The position numbers and the translations under genes are program-made. Positions 24,721-37,750 of a DNA stretch of 64,000 nt are shown piece by piece (position 1 is the stretch's first letter; every line of letters starts with the position of its first letter). Source of the DNA: Octopus sinensis (lineage: Eukaryota); assembly GCF_006345805.1 (NCBI RefSeq), contig NC_043011.1, positions 49,116,464 through 49,180,463 of the forward strand, read 5' to 3'. The notes beneath the pieces were generated by a model that had not been told where the DNA came from, searched no databases, and worked only from the letters and a program-made list of their open reading frames with translations.

Positions 24721-25102
24721 GAAACCAGATGTCTGTAAGGGCATTAAAAATCCGCTAGAAATAGCAGTTAAAAATCACCCTCAAATCACAAGCCTACCAT
24801 CTTATTAATAAAACACAACACACAACATGCATTATTTGGCATTGTACATCACTGCCACACACGCTATACCACATCACTACACTACTGCCTGTACTATACC
24901 ATACGGTGTCACTATGTACCACATACTATAGCATACCTCTATACTTCTACATATGCTGTACAACACTGGGCTATACTACAACATACACTATGACACACAG
25001 TACCTCACGTACTACATGCTATACTGCACTGCATCACCCTAATAATAAACCAAGTCGTACTACATTACATATAGTATACTGCATTACATATGCCATATAT
25101 GT

Positions 25103-25440
25103 GAAGGCACATGACTCAGTGGTTAGAGCTTTGGGCTCACAATCATGAGGTAGTGAGTTTGATTCCTGGACTGGGCTGTGTGTTGTGTTCTTGAGCACTT
25201 TATTTCACATTGCTTCAGTTTACTCAGCTGTAGAAATGAGTTTCAATGTCACTGATGCCAAGTTCTATCGGCATTTGCTTTTCCCTTGGATAATGTGGGT
25301 GGTATGGGGAAGAGAAGCTGGTATGCATGGCCGATTGCTGGTCTTCCATGATCAACCATGCCTGAACTTGTGCCTTGGAGGGGAAATTCCTAGGTACGAA
25401 CCCCTGGTCACCCATACCTGAAGGAGGTCATTACCCTATC
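25103..25440 (+). mobile_element. SINE head D with tail 1
   Basis: GAAGGCACATGACTCAGTGGTTAGAGC head; tail as 1927-2225. Confidence 0.75.
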
Positions 25441-25567
25441 TCACTTGAGCTTCAACATAACCATTCATCCTGCTTGAGAATGCGGACACTTGTGTCTAAA
25501 ATCACATCTACATTATCACACTATGGTTGCTAAAATAAAAAAAAGGGGTTGATGGTCATGGATGAAA

Positions 25568-26215
25568 TCATCAACATCCTCATCATCATTTAATGTCCGC
25601 TTTCCATGCTGGCATGGGTTGGACAATTTGACTGAGGTCTGGCGAACCAGATGGCTGCACCAGACTCCAATCTGATCTGGCAGAGTTTCTACAGCTGGAT
25701 GCCCTTCCTAACGCCAACCACTCTGAGAGTGTAGTGGGTGCGTTTATGTGTCACCGGCATGAGAGCCAGTCAGGCAGTACTGGCAAGGGCCACACTCAAA
25801 TGGTGCTTTTTATGTGCCACCTGCACCTGCACAGGTGCCAGTCCAGCGGCACTGGCAACAACCTTGCTGAAATGTATTTTCATGTGCCACCAGCACAAGT
25901 GGCAGGAAGGTGATGCAGGTAATGATCACACTCAAATGGTATTTTTTACATACCACTGGCATGGAGGCCAGCTTGTTGCTCTGGCAATGATCACACTCGT
26001 ATGGCACTCTTAGTGCTCCACTAGCAAGGGATGCCAGTCATTGAATTTGATTTCAATTTCAATTTCACTTGCCTCAACAGGTCTTTGCAAACAGAGTTTA
26101 GAGTCCATGAAGGAAAGGCATGCATAAGTGGTTATTGTCTCACTTGAGCTTGCCGAGTTTTCTCAACCACAACATATTTCCAAAGGTCCCAGTCACTAGT
26201 CATTGCCTCAGTGTA
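25568..26215 (-). mobile_element. RTE LINE 3' end with ~4.5 tandem ~65-bp UTR units
   Basis: Minus TEAMTSDWDLWKYVVVEKTRQ at ~26140-26215; UTR array 25740-26040; (GAT)n tail. Confidence 0.85.
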
Positions 26216-26443
26216 CTTTCAGTTATTGGGCTATCGGCATGCTGGAGCACCTTATTAAGTGGTTTTAATTGATCATCTCAGCCTAGGTATTGATTTCAAT
26301 CTGGCATTTATTTTATCAATCACTGTTTGCTGAACCACAAAATTATAGGACTAAAAATATGTAACATAAACATCATAGATTCGTTAGCTATAGCACCCAT
26401 TCTACATGAATAAACATACACTCACACATATCTAATATGTTAA

Positions 26444-27188
26444 CCATTTAGCATATCCTGTCCAGATATTCTCCGTTGTCTCATGTTCAAACCAACCAGA
26501 TCCAGCCTCTCACACCTACCCTACAATGACATTCTAAAAATAAAACAATTATATATCTTATCTTTTTACTTTTTTTCTGTCATTAGATATTGGCCATGCT
26601 GGGGCAGCACATTGAAGACATTTTTAGTTGACTGAATTGACCCAACTGTTTTTTGTTTTTTAATTCTTTAGACTGGTAGTTATTCTATCACTCTCCATTT
26701 GCTGTACTGCTAAGCTACTGGGACTAAACATATAAGCACGTTGTTAAGCACTGGTGGGGAACAAACACAGACTTACACACACACACACACACACACACAC
26801 AACAGGCTTCTTTCAGTTTCCATCAACCAAATCCACTCACAAGTCTTTGGCTGGCCTAAGACTATAGTAGCAGATGCTTACCGAAGAAGGTACCACACAG
26901 TAAAGCTGAACTCAAAGCTATACGGTTAGGAAGCAAACTCCTTCCCACAGAGCTACGCCTGCAACTATGTCATCAAAATGTCAAAGCTATGAGATAATGC
27001 ATAATTAATTCGAGGGATAGGAGTGGCTGTGTGGTAAGTAGCTTGCTTACAAACCACATGGTTCTGGGTTCAGTCCCACTGCGTGGCACCTTGGGCAAGT
27101 GTCTTCTACTATAGCCTCGGGCCGACCAAAGCCTTGTGAGTGGATTTGGTAGACGGAAACTGGAAGAGGCCCGTCGTATATGTGTGTA

Positions 27189-27243
<55 letters not shown>

Positions 27244-27528
27244 ATATGTTTGTGTGTTTGTGTCTGTTCCCTCAACATCGCTTGACAACCGATGCTGGTG
27301 TGTTTACGTCCCCGTAACTTAGTGGTTCGGCAAAAGAGACTGACAGAATTAATACCAGGCTTACAAAGAATAAGTCCTGGCGTCGATTTGCTCGACTAAA
27401 GGTGGTGCTCCAGCATGGCCACAGTCAAATGACTGAAGCAAGTAAAAGAGTAAAGAGAGAGAGAGAGAGAGAGTATGATATTAATAAATAAGCATTAGAC
27501 CAGACGGTGTAATCTGAATGCTAACGGA
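26444..27528. mobile_element. piggyBac-like MITE containing two family-A SINEs (26560-26960 minus, 27016-27460 plus)
   Basis: TTAA-CCATTTAGCAT...ATGCTAACGGA-TTAA. Confidence 0.55.
27016..27460 (+). mobile_element. SINE family A, full length
   Basis: GGAGTGGCTGTGTGGTAAG..GGGTTCAGTCCC..CACCTTGGGCAAGTG (MIR-CORE-like)..internal (AT)n(GT)n..GTAAAAGAG tail. Confidence 0.92.
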
Positions 27529-28264
27529 TTAATTCAGAAGTGAGTAATAAAATATTTATTCCATGTGTTTATCTCTCACTTCTGAATGAGATTAATTATT
27601 CTACACCCTTCAGCATTGCGTTTCCTGAATATTAAACAGAACAGAGACATTAATTCTATACCCTGAACTCAACTACTGTCTTCTTGAAATCTGTTCATCC
27701 AGCAGAGACACTACGAGTACTGCTTGTTTCTTTGAACCCTTATTGCTGTTTATCTCTCTTATATATGGAAAACACGCGGTTTTTTTGGAGAAACTACTCT
27801 TGAAAATTATCATGAATGAGCAAAACGCCCTGCCCCTCCCCGTCCAATGGACGGTGCTGAGTTGTCAAACATTTAAACCAAATTTTCTCATAACGACTTG
27901 TCCGACCGTCCCATAGGCCTCCCCTTTGAGAAACACCGATTTAACCTAAATTTGAGACACCAGCAAAAGAAGAAATAAAGATAGACGTTTTTTTTCTATT
28001 CCAAAGAAAAACGATTTTATTCACACAAATATGCAACTGAAGAGTTTAAAGTACCAGTAATGATAAGGCCGTTGAGTGGGAGAACACAAACATGGTTTAA
28101 ACAGTAAGCTTGGCAGGAAAGAAACGTGCCTTTAAGCAGTACAAAAGCAACAAAAAATTGAAGGTGCAGTTCTGTACAGGTTGACGGAAGAAAAGCAAGA
28201 CAAAAATGGCTTTATTGATCTCATTCTCACCTGGAATCGATTTTTGTAATTTTTTCAAGAATTA

Positions 28265-28382
28265 TACATGCCCTGATACCGTCGGTATCTACATATCAAA
28301 TTTGAGTGCAATCTGATGGAGGATGCCCGAGATCCTAGAAGACACACTCACAGACAGACAGAACAGATTATATATAATGGAT
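28265..28382 (+). mobile_element. Helitron/HINE-like 3' end
   Basis: CAAATTTGAGTGCAATCTGATG...(CAGA)n...TTATATATAATGGAT. Confidence 0.4.
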
Positions 28383-29019
28383 TTTCCACGATGCCAGCTG
28401 AGAATTGCAAAGACAGTTATAATAAAGAGCAGCCCACCGCCAGATGGGGTAACCATCAATTTGTGATTTTGCTCAATGACAAGCAGGACCATAATATTTA
28501 CTTACTGTATTTATTTGTTGATAGTAAACCACAGCATACAGAGATTAGAAATGAGCTCCTAGACCCATGAGGCCGCAGGCCAAATTAATACCCTGGGCCC
28601 TATAGTATTGGTAGCAAGCTACAACATACATAAGTCAGAATTGGGCCCCTAATCCTGTGAGGCCCATAGGCAACTCTCCAGTGTTCTCAAACCTAAAGTT
28701 GACCCTGATAAATACATCTATCCGGTGTGAATTATATTAAATATTGGTTTCAAATTTTTGCACAAGGCCGGCAATTTTGGGGGAAGGAGATAAGTCGCTT
28801 ATATCGAACCCAGTGTTCAATGGGTACTTAATTTATTGACCCCAAAAAGATGAAAGGCTAAGTCAGCCTCATGTATTGTTTTAAATGTTAAACAAATCCC
28901 ATTCAAGTAGATAAATGTTACCTAATTTTCTTGGCCCCACAAAAGTAAAAGAAACCAATCTGACCTCAGTGAAATTTGAACTCAGAACACATAAGACATA
29001 AATAAATACTACAAGCATT

Positions 29020-29432
29020 TTACTCTTACTCTTTTTACTCTTTTACTTGTTTCAGTCATTTGACTGCGGCCATGCTGGAGCACTGCCTTTAGTCGAGGAG
29101 CACCGCCTTTAATCGAGGAAATCGACCCCAGGACTTATTCTATCGGTCTCTTTTGCCGAACTGCTAAGTTACGGGGACACAAACACACCATCATCGGTTG
29201 TCAAGCGATGGGGGGGGGCAACACACACACACACATATATATATATATATTTATATATATATATACATATATCGACGGGCTTCTTTCAGTTTCCGTCTAG
29301 CAAATCCACTCACAAGGCTTTGGTCGGCCTGAGGCTATAGTAGAAGACACTTGCCCAAGGTGCTATGCAGTGTGACTGAACCTGGAACCACGTGGCTGGT
29401 AAGCAAGCTACTTACCACACAGCCACTCCTGC
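29020..29432 (-). mobile_element. SINE family A, full length
   Basis: Homology; small internal duplication GGAGCACTGCCTTTAGTCGA. Confidence 0.9.
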
Positions 29433-30314
29433 ACCACTAATATAAGAAAACTGTTCAAAATTTGTACACTTTTCTTACGGTTGTATCATTTCCCTGTGAC
29501 ACTAATATTTATTTTATCAACTTGAAAAGAATGAAGCCAAGCTTTTGTCAGTCTTTCTTTCACTACCCTTTCTCTGTATCTCTCCTCTCTCTCTCCCTAT
29601 CTCTTTCTCTTTGTCTAGCTCCAAACAAAAGAGAGACAGAAGCAATAGAGTTGTTGGTTTAGAGTGCTAAGGAAGATCATCTCAACCATCTTTTCGTCTA
29701 ATAACGAAATCTTTGGGGAATAATTATATACAACTTTATAATTGTGTGTACAGCATAGCAAAGTGAGAACATTGCTGAAAACAAACCAAAACAATTGGCT
29801 AAGCCAGTCTTTGAAAATGTTTACTCGGTTGTAATTGGTTATAAAAATCTCTCCAGAGTAAAATAAAAGTAAGATAGGTAATGAAAAAGAAATGGACACA
29901 CGGCGTGAACTTAGGTTAAGTATTTGATAATTAAAGCCGTTGATTAATGAGGAAAAGAAAGAATACACTGTGTCGAATGAAAAGCATTTCTCAAATAGAT
30001 TCATAGTTTATGAATTAACTGGTACTTTATAGCAAATTATTTACGCTTATCATATTATCACGTTCCTTAAGGGTTTCCTACTGAACGTTTTTGATACAAT
30101 TTTTCTCTTTCTTCCTTTCTAGGTTTGTTTCTTCCTTTCTTTCCTTATGTGCACATACACACATATACAAATATGTAGGGAAGCTTCACGGCTGTGAAAG
30201 TGAGGTGGTATTTTTGTGTTAGCAAGAGTAGTAGGTGACAGCTCATATGACATGAATATAAGTTCAAATCATACTAATTGTACAAGACCCATAACTTCCC
30301 TTGCACCACTTTGT

Positions 30315-30697
30315 CTTACCAACCACATGGTTCCGGGTCAATCCCACTGCATGGCACCTTGGGCAAGTATCTTCTACTATAGCCTCGGGCCGACCAAAGC
30401 CTTGTGAGTGGATTTGGTAGACGGAAACTGAAAAGAAGCCCGTCGTATATATGTAATATAATATATATATATATGCGTGTGTGTGTTTGTATGTCTGTGT
30501 TGTCCCCCAACATCGCTTGACAACCAATGCTGGTGTGTTTATGTCCCCGTTACTTAGCAGTTTGGCAAAAGAGACCGATAGAATAAGTACTGGGCTTACA
30601 AAGAAGAAGTCCCGGTGTCGAGTTGCTCGATGAAAGGCGGTGCTCCAGCATGGCCGCAGTCAAATGACTGAAACAAGTAAAAGAGTAAAAGAGTAAA
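30315..30697 (+). mobile_element. SINE family A
   Basis: Homology to 27016-27460. Confidence 0.9.
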
Positions 30698-30745
30698 GTG
30701 TGTATGTATATCTATACATATATAGGAAGATACGAAAATAAAGTG

Positions 30746-30968
30746 ATAATTAATAATTATTTATTAACCAAAAAATTAGACATCATCTCTGACAGCTGTT
30801 TCAATTCCAGACCTTTATAAATTAATTACCATAATTAAAACCATTTAAAATTCGAATTTCAACTTTCAAATGGTTTTAATTATGGTAATTAGTTTATAAA
30901 GGTCTGGAATTGAAACAGCTGTCAGAGATGATGTCTAATTTTTTGGTTAATAAATATTTATTAATTAT
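30746..30968. repeat. ~105-bp-arm inverted repeat carrying hammerhead 3' halves
   Basis: GAAACAGCTGTCAGAG at 30912 and its reverse complement at ~30787-30802; ~13-nt spacer. Confidence 0.85.
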
Positions 30969-31151
30969 GCTCTATTTTCTTATTTTCTTGAAATATATAT
31001 AAACCTTGGTTTATCTAGTTACTTCACTGTTGAATGTTAATTGTAATATTCAACACTTTTTAAATAGGTAACTAGCTAGTATTTTTATTGGACTTTATTA
31101 TCCCTTAATGAGATTTGTTACCTTTATTTTAACATATATATATATATTAAT

Positions 31152-31200
<49 letters not shown>

Positions 31201-31573
31201 AACATATATATATATATGCATTATGTATGTGTGTGTGTATATATTTATGTATAGACATATCTATCTATACATATACCTATCTTTATATGTATGTATATTT
31301 GTGTGTACGTCTTCTCTCTCTCTCTCTAAACATATGTTGTTGTTATTGTGGACTTAGGTTTTGCAATGTTTTGGACTTCAGATACTTTTATATAACAACA
31401 ACGATATAACATACATATATGTGTATATATATATGTGTGTGTGTGTGTGTATATATATATATGTATATATATATGTGTGTATATATATGCATATATATGT
31501 ATATATATATGTGTGTGTATACATATGTGGTGTGTGCATGTGTGTATGATATTATATATATACATACATATAT

Positions 31574-31615
<42 letters not shown>

Positions 31616-31620
31616 ATATA

Positions 31621-31810
31621 AAGGGAAAGTTTACGAAAATAAACAAAAGACGAAGGCAGGTCTGTACAAACAAACAGATGTATGTATATAGACGCTCAGG
31701 AATAGAAAAAGTCTTTTATGTTTCGAGCCTACGCTCTTCTACAGAAAGGTACACAGAAAAACAAGGAGAGAAAAAAAATGTGTGTAGTAGCTAACGATCT
31801 TTCATGGTGT
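31621..31810 (-). mobile_element. Family H1 HHR-bearing element, 3' end at (AT)n; motif 31713-31748
   Basis: cttt-CTGTAGAA-GAGC gtag GCTC-GAAA-CA-TA-aaag. Confidence 0.7.
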
Positions 31811-31849
31811 AGAGAGAAAGAGAGATTTTGAAGTGATGTACAAATATCG

Positions 31850-32348
31850 TATATTTAGAATAATAAGAGTGTTGGATGATTGTATATATTTTTATTTACA
31901 TTTAATTTACACTGTTAGTGCTTTCTTCTGTTATTGGATTTTCCAGAAAGTGGTTTAAAGTTAGATTTCTTGGCCTTTTTATATATATATAAAAATTGTG
32001 AAGTTTGTCAAGCAAGGGAGAAGAAAGAAGAAAAAAGTTTGAGAAGGAGTGGGGGGTATAGAGGCGTGGCTTTTGTATTAGTATGGTCAGACATATTTGT
32101 TTAATGCTTAGTGACGTTTTAGGGTGGGGAGGGGAAAAATTTACCTCCCACTCCTTCTCAAACGTTTTTCTTCTTTCTTCTCTCTTGCTTGGCAAACCCA
32201 ACAAATTTCATATATATAAAGAGACCAAGAAATCCAACTTTAAACCACTTTTTGATAAATCCAACAACAGAAGAAAGTGCTAAAAGTGTAAATACAATGT
32301 AAATAAAAATATATATCATCATCCAATATTCTGAATAGGTTATCATTC

Positions 32349-32355
<7 letters not shown>
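31850..32355. mobile_element. Head-to-head inverted pair (family H4), each arm with an HHR-like motif (31910-31952 minus; 32246-32288 plus)
   Basis: ~205-bp arms; plus motif cacttt-TTGATAA-ATCC..GAA-GAAA-GTGC-TA-aaagtg; TATA-like TATATAAA ~30 nt upstream. Confidence 0.75.
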
Positions 32356-32396
<41 letters not shown>

Positions 32397-32453
32397 TGTG
32401 TGTGTGTGTGATATACTCACATACACTCACACACATTTGTGTGTACATATATA

Positions 32454-32488
<35 letters not shown>

Positions 32489-32499
32489 TCAGAAATAGC

Positions 32500-32736
32500 T
32501 TATGTAGTTGCAATAATAGATCTTACATCACATTGCCTGAAGTGTGTCATTATGGTGAAACTAGCTGTAATATAATACATAGACATACAAAGAATGTATA
32601 TACATATTAGAGAATATATTTATATATATATTATTTATTAATAACTGTATACTCCGTTTTATATTACAACTACTAGTTTCACATAATGTAGGCTCTTCAG
32701 GCAATGTGATGTAAGATCTATTGTTCCATCTACATA
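32500..32736. mobile_element. Tail-to-tail inverted pair (family H5) with HHR-like motifs
   Basis: Minus arm ttgc-CTGAAGA-GCC..GT-GAAA-CTAG-TA; plus arm CCTGAAG..GGTGAAACTAG. Confidence 0.65.
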
Positions 32737-32899
32737 TTTAGATTCATAAGACAACACCGGAGGCGTCTGTTGTGTTACTTTGATAGTATATTGCAATGCT
32801 ATTGGTCGTTGTAGTCACATGATTTCTGCATTCGTGTTTGATATATATGAAAGTTACTTAATGAGTTACGTTTTTGCAGGCATGATAGTGTTTACTTCC

Positions 32900-32999
32900 N
32901 NNNNNNNNNNNNNNNNNNNNNNNNNNNNNNNNNNNNNNNNNNNNNNNNNNNNNNNNNNNNNNNNNNNNNNNNNNNNNNNNNNNNNNNNNNNNNNNNNNN
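32900..32999. other. Assembly gap (100 N)
   Basis: N run. Confidence 1.
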
Positions 33000-33000
33000 A

Positions 33001-33533
33001 AATATCCCCGATTTTTAAAAGTTGCCAGATCATTCTAATACAAAGTTTGTAAGGAGTTAGAGACTGAAGATGGAAAATGCATCATCAGTAAAAAGCATAA
33101 AAAGCATTTTAAATGCTCTGACATTATCGTACAGCTGAATTTATCGAGCCAAACCATGAGGTCACTTGCAAAAGATCTCCACGTGTCAGGAAAAAGATTC
33201 AGAAATGTTGTTGATAAAGACATCAGGCATTAATCTTATGTGATGAGGAAAGGTCAATTTGTCGGAAAATGCAAAAGATAATCACTACATCAGATCTTAA
33301 ATGCTCTTAAACAAATGAAAAACCCAGCAGAAGAAGGCTTGATTTTTTTTTTCTCAAACAAGAAGAATTTCAACCAAGATCAAAAAGTTAACAGATGACA
33401 GATGGTTATGTGCAAACCCTTATGAAGTTCCAAGTGTTATGCAACTGTCATGGCTTTAGTGGTTGTCAGCCATGAAGGAGATGTGATGCCTCCTTACTTC
33501 TTTCCGCAAGGCCTTAGAGGTAACTCTGCCACC
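33001..33533 (+). mobile_element. Tc1/mariner (maT/DD37D-like) transposase remnant
   Basis: MRSLAKDLHVS..; FFSNKKNFNQDQKVN..DRWLC..VMALVVVSHEGDVMPPYFFPQGLR; frameshifted. Confidence 0.75.
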
Positions 33534-34050
33534 TAGACCTTGCTTCCACGCCTGGAACTTCTCTAGTTCTGGTAGTGATTCAACAATAAGAGCAAAGTCA
33601 TCAACATAGAGGAGCTCCCAGAGGTAGCCTGTTTTAAATTCTCTGTTATTACCTGGAGGACTATGATGAATAAGAGGGGTCTGAGCGCCGATTTTTGATG
33701 AACCCCTACTTGTACCCCAAATTCTTCGCTGTACTCACTGCCAGCCCTCACCTCACTGGTAGCATCCCTGTACATTGCTTGTACAGCTCTCACCAACCAC
33801 TCATCTATCTCTAGTTTCTGCAGTGACTACCAGATAAGGAATCGGGGGACCTCGTCAATGGGTTTCTCAAAGTCAATAAAGGCCAAGTACAGAGGTTTAT
33901 CTTTGGCTATGTATTTCTCCTGCAGCTGCCTTACCAGAAATATATCATCAGTGGTGCTTCTCTCTGGCACCCACAAAACCAAACTACATCTCATCTAAGC
34001 TAATTTTATCCATAATTAGTTGGCTTAGACTCTCTTTGTAACTTTCATCA
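33534..34050 (-). mobile_element. RTE-clade reverse transcriptase fragment
   Basis: STTDDIFLVRQLQEKYIAKDKPLYLAFIDFEK..GVHQKSALRPLLF..ELLYVDD. Confidence 0.9.
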
Positions 34051-34097
34051 CCAATCCTCATATATATATATATATAATATATTATATATTAATATAT

Positions 34098-34158
<61 letters not shown>

Positions 34159-34175
34159 TATATATATATATATAT

Positions 34176-34260
<85 letters not shown>

Positions 34261-34263
<3 letters not shown>

Positions 34264-34560
34264 AGGTGCAATGGCCCAGTTGTTAGGGCAGCGGGCTCGC
34301 GGTCGGAGGATTGCAGTTTCGATTCCCAGACCAGGCATTGTGTGTGTTTATTGAGCGAAAACACCTAAAACTCCACGAGGCTCCGACAGGTGGTGCCAAC
34401 ACCTGTTGTACTCTTTCGCCATAACTTTCTCTCTCTCTTTCTTCCTGTTTCTTGGGTAGCGCTGTGATGGACTGGCATCCTGTCCAGCTGGGGGGAACAC
34501 ATACACCACAGAAACCGGAAAGCCAGGCCCATAAGCCTGGTTAAGTTTGAAAAGGGCAAA
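34261..34560 (+). mobile_element. SINE head C with V-domain-like tail 2
   Basis: TGGCCCAGTTGTTAG A box, GTTTCGATTCC B box; CTGTGATGGACTGGCATCCTGTCCAG tail shared with 62299-62545. Confidence 0.75.
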
Positions 34561-35749
34561 ATATATATATAATTGTACATATGTATGGGTGTGTGTACAT
34601 CATAACTTTTGTTGCAATACAAAAATTGTAATGAGATTCACTTAGTATGCAGAAAAAGAATATGATTGAAAATATGATTGAAACACAACTAATAAATAAT
34701 ATACACTACTACCTGAGGTTCTCTATTTTATATCTGTAAGCCCTGTTCAAACAAACCCACCTGAGTATACATTAATACAAATATATATCTAGTTATAAAA
34801 ATGTGAATATATGATGTATGTGCAAATATACGCTCATATACACACACATATTATATATATATATATATAATATATATATATATTAGTAGTATATATATAT
34901 ATTATATATATACACACACACACATACATAATTTTTTTCAATCTCAGAAACCCAAAATCATTTTCTAGAAGACAAGAATATTAAAATGAAATAAAACAAG
35001 AAAATTGCTGGCATAATTCCACCAAAACTAAAAAAAAATATCATAGGTATAAAATATATACAAGAAAAATAAAATTTAAAAACCGAAAGATCAACAGATC
35101 AATTGAAATTTTCCAATATTCATAATTTACATCAATTTCTGAAATAACTAAATAATAATACTTTTTGGTTATTATTGGCTATAAAATTATCTGAAAGGTA
35201 CTAAATTGTATTTTTCTTTTCACTTATAAAAGTAGCGTGTAGAAACTTTATTGGAAATATTTAAAGAGTAAATAAAATAATTTGAAATATTATTGATTGA
35301 CAGAGAGGGTATAGAGCTGAGAAGACGGACAGTAGATAATAAATTTAAAACAGGTATTCTCTTTCTCTTTCCCATTTTTTCTCTCTCTCACTCTTTCTCA
35401 CTAATTTTCTCTCCCTCTTTGGAAGGGTTTAATTTATAAGTGAGTTATTACTGTAGTTGCTAAGGTAATTTTGTTAGGCCAGGTTCATATGTGAACTCTG
35501 AAACTTAATGTTCTTATTGTTTGTTGGGTAAATCATTTTCCATATTCCCATTTGATTTCTCTCTCTCTCTCTCTCTCTTTCTTAGTTGCCATTCTTTATA
35601 TATGTTATTAATTGCTTTTTTTCATAAAGCGAAAATGCAAGCTATAAGAAATAATACAAATCGATGGTTTGTACTTTTACCTTTTAATTCAATAGTTCTG
35701 GGTTAGAACACTTCTTCAGGAAATCTTCAGAGGTATGCTTAAGTTCTAT

Positions 35750-36945
35750 TGAAAAACACTAATATAATGGAATAGAAGCAATACATCCTTGCCTTAAATT
35801 GCCTTAATAAATGTCCCAGATCACTGACAAAAAAATTTATTTGTTAGGATCTTTGAGTTATTCCACAATTTTAAAAACATTTTGACCAAGTAATATGTAA
35901 ACAAATGTTAAGAATGGCAATGGGAATCAAGGTAGCCCCAACATATGTATATTTAGTAATGGATTATCTTGAAATAAAAATAAACGAAAAATCCAAGCTC
36001 AAATATAGAAATCATTGTTATAATTACTTAGTTGGAAATTGGAAAATATTGATTTATCTTACTGGAAGTAGGTTTGGTCAGTCGCTCTGAATTTAAGACT
36101 CTCATACATTTAGTATTAACAAACATTCAGTTTACTATGGAATGCAGCAAAGATAAATTATCTCTTTTGGCGATGTTATTTACAAAACAAAAACAGAACA
36201 GAATTGTGACTCAAGACAATAGACTAAAGACAATATTTACTTTTCCTTTTTGCCATCTAAAACATACTAGAGTCAATATCGTACATAATCTCACTGGAAG
36301 AATATGCACCATTCTATCAAATCTTATCATCTGAAAGAAAAGACAAAATGCACTGTGAGATATTCTGATTGGATGATGTTATCTACCATCATTGGTTAAC
36401 GAGGCAATCAAAAGAGCAGAGAAGATTGTTATCAGTGAATTAAGTATTGTTAGAACCAAAATGGAGACAAATGTTCTGCTGTATATTTCATGCTATAACT
36501 CTCTTTAAACAATTAGGCCTTTAATCTAATTAATCAAAAATTACCACTCTTCAAATTTGATTCCAACATTAGGAGAATCTTAGAAAAGTAAAATATAATT
36601 AGATGCAAAAATTTAAGTCATTTTGATTTAAGTAACTTTTAACAGGTTCTCAGCTTATTAGAAATTCTCAGTTAAAGATAGTGGCAAAGCAAACTGTGAA
36701 ATTTGTATTGATATATTTGAAGGCTCCCAGTTTCACTTCAAAAATGGATAAATTTTTAACATTAAAAATTACCTCCACATGCTTGCTTTTCAGAAACCTT
36801 TATATATGTCCTAGCACACTGTTGGTGTAACAAAAATTATACTGCCCAAAGAAGCATGTCACCAAGAAAATGAATGACAATTTACTTACAACAAATACAT
36901 GACCAGAACACTAGAAAAATTCAACTCAGCACATCCAAGCGTGAT
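35750..36945 (+). pseudogene. Penelope-like element (Neptune-type) RT + GIY-YIG remnant
   Basis: AMGIKVAPTYVYLVMDYLE; IQFTMECSKDKLSLL; CHLKHTRVNIVHNLTGRICTI; Cys linker ANCEIC; LYMS/IYVL..CWCNKNYT; many stops and frameshifts. Confidence 0.85.
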
Positions 36946-37124
36946 TGATGAGTTGAATTTTGTACAGAAATTTGACAATTAAGTGTCTCTGCTGTGCCAA
37001 ATCACAAACGAATGCCTTAGACTTGCCCAAAACCACTACAAGTTGTGGAGACACTTATTCATTCCTCAATAATCATTATTATTATTATTATTATTACTAT
37101 TATTATTATCATTATTATTCATCT

Positions 37125-37750
37125 TTCATCGTCGGCTTTCCATGCTGGCATGGGTTGGACAGTTTGATTGAGGACTGGTGAGCCAGAGGCTGTACCAGGC
37201 TCAATCTGATCTAGCAAAATTTCTACAGCTGGATGCCCTTCCTAATGCCAACCATTCTGAGTGAGTGCTTTCATGTGCCACTGGCATGAGGGCCAGTCAT
37301 GCAGCTCTGGCAATGACCATGCTCAAAGGTGTTTTTACTTGCTACCTGCACAGGAGCCAGTCTGACGGCACTGGCAATGACCATACTTGAATGTTGTTTT
37401 TCCCGTGCCACTGGCACATGTGCTGGTAAGGCAATGCTGGCAATGATCATGCTCGAATGGTGCTTTCCATGTGTCACTGGCACAGGAGCCAATCCATGGT
37501 CCTGCAGCGATCACGCTCGGATGTGGTTTTAATGATCCATTGGCATGAGTACCAATCAGGCAGTACTGTCATTAGCCACATCAGCGATTTTACTTGTTTA
37601 CACTTGTCTAAATAAGTCTTCGCAAGCAAAGTTCATTATCCAATGAATGAGGGGTACTCATAAGTGGGCCAGTTACACCCCACATTTGAATGTGCTTTTA
37701 ACATTCCACGAGTGCCAATCAGGCGTACTGTCATCAGCCGTATCAGCATT
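37125..37750 (-). mobile_element. RTE LINE 3'UTR end with ~65-bp unit array
   Basis: Same organisation as 25568-26215. Confidence 0.85.

Noticed and set aside
25740-26040. CRISPR-like repeat/spacer appearance
   Set aside because: Eukaryotic context, no cas genes, degenerate repeats, and the array is part of a dispersed LINE 3'UTR.
27016-27090. tRNA genes at SINE heads (also 34261, 54300, 62299)
   Set aside because: A/B boxes are present, but they continue into SINE bodies and lack a clean cloverleaf.
29615-30004. 129-aa minus ORF in unique sequence
   Set aside because: No recognisable motif; composition typical of AT-rich non-coding DNA.
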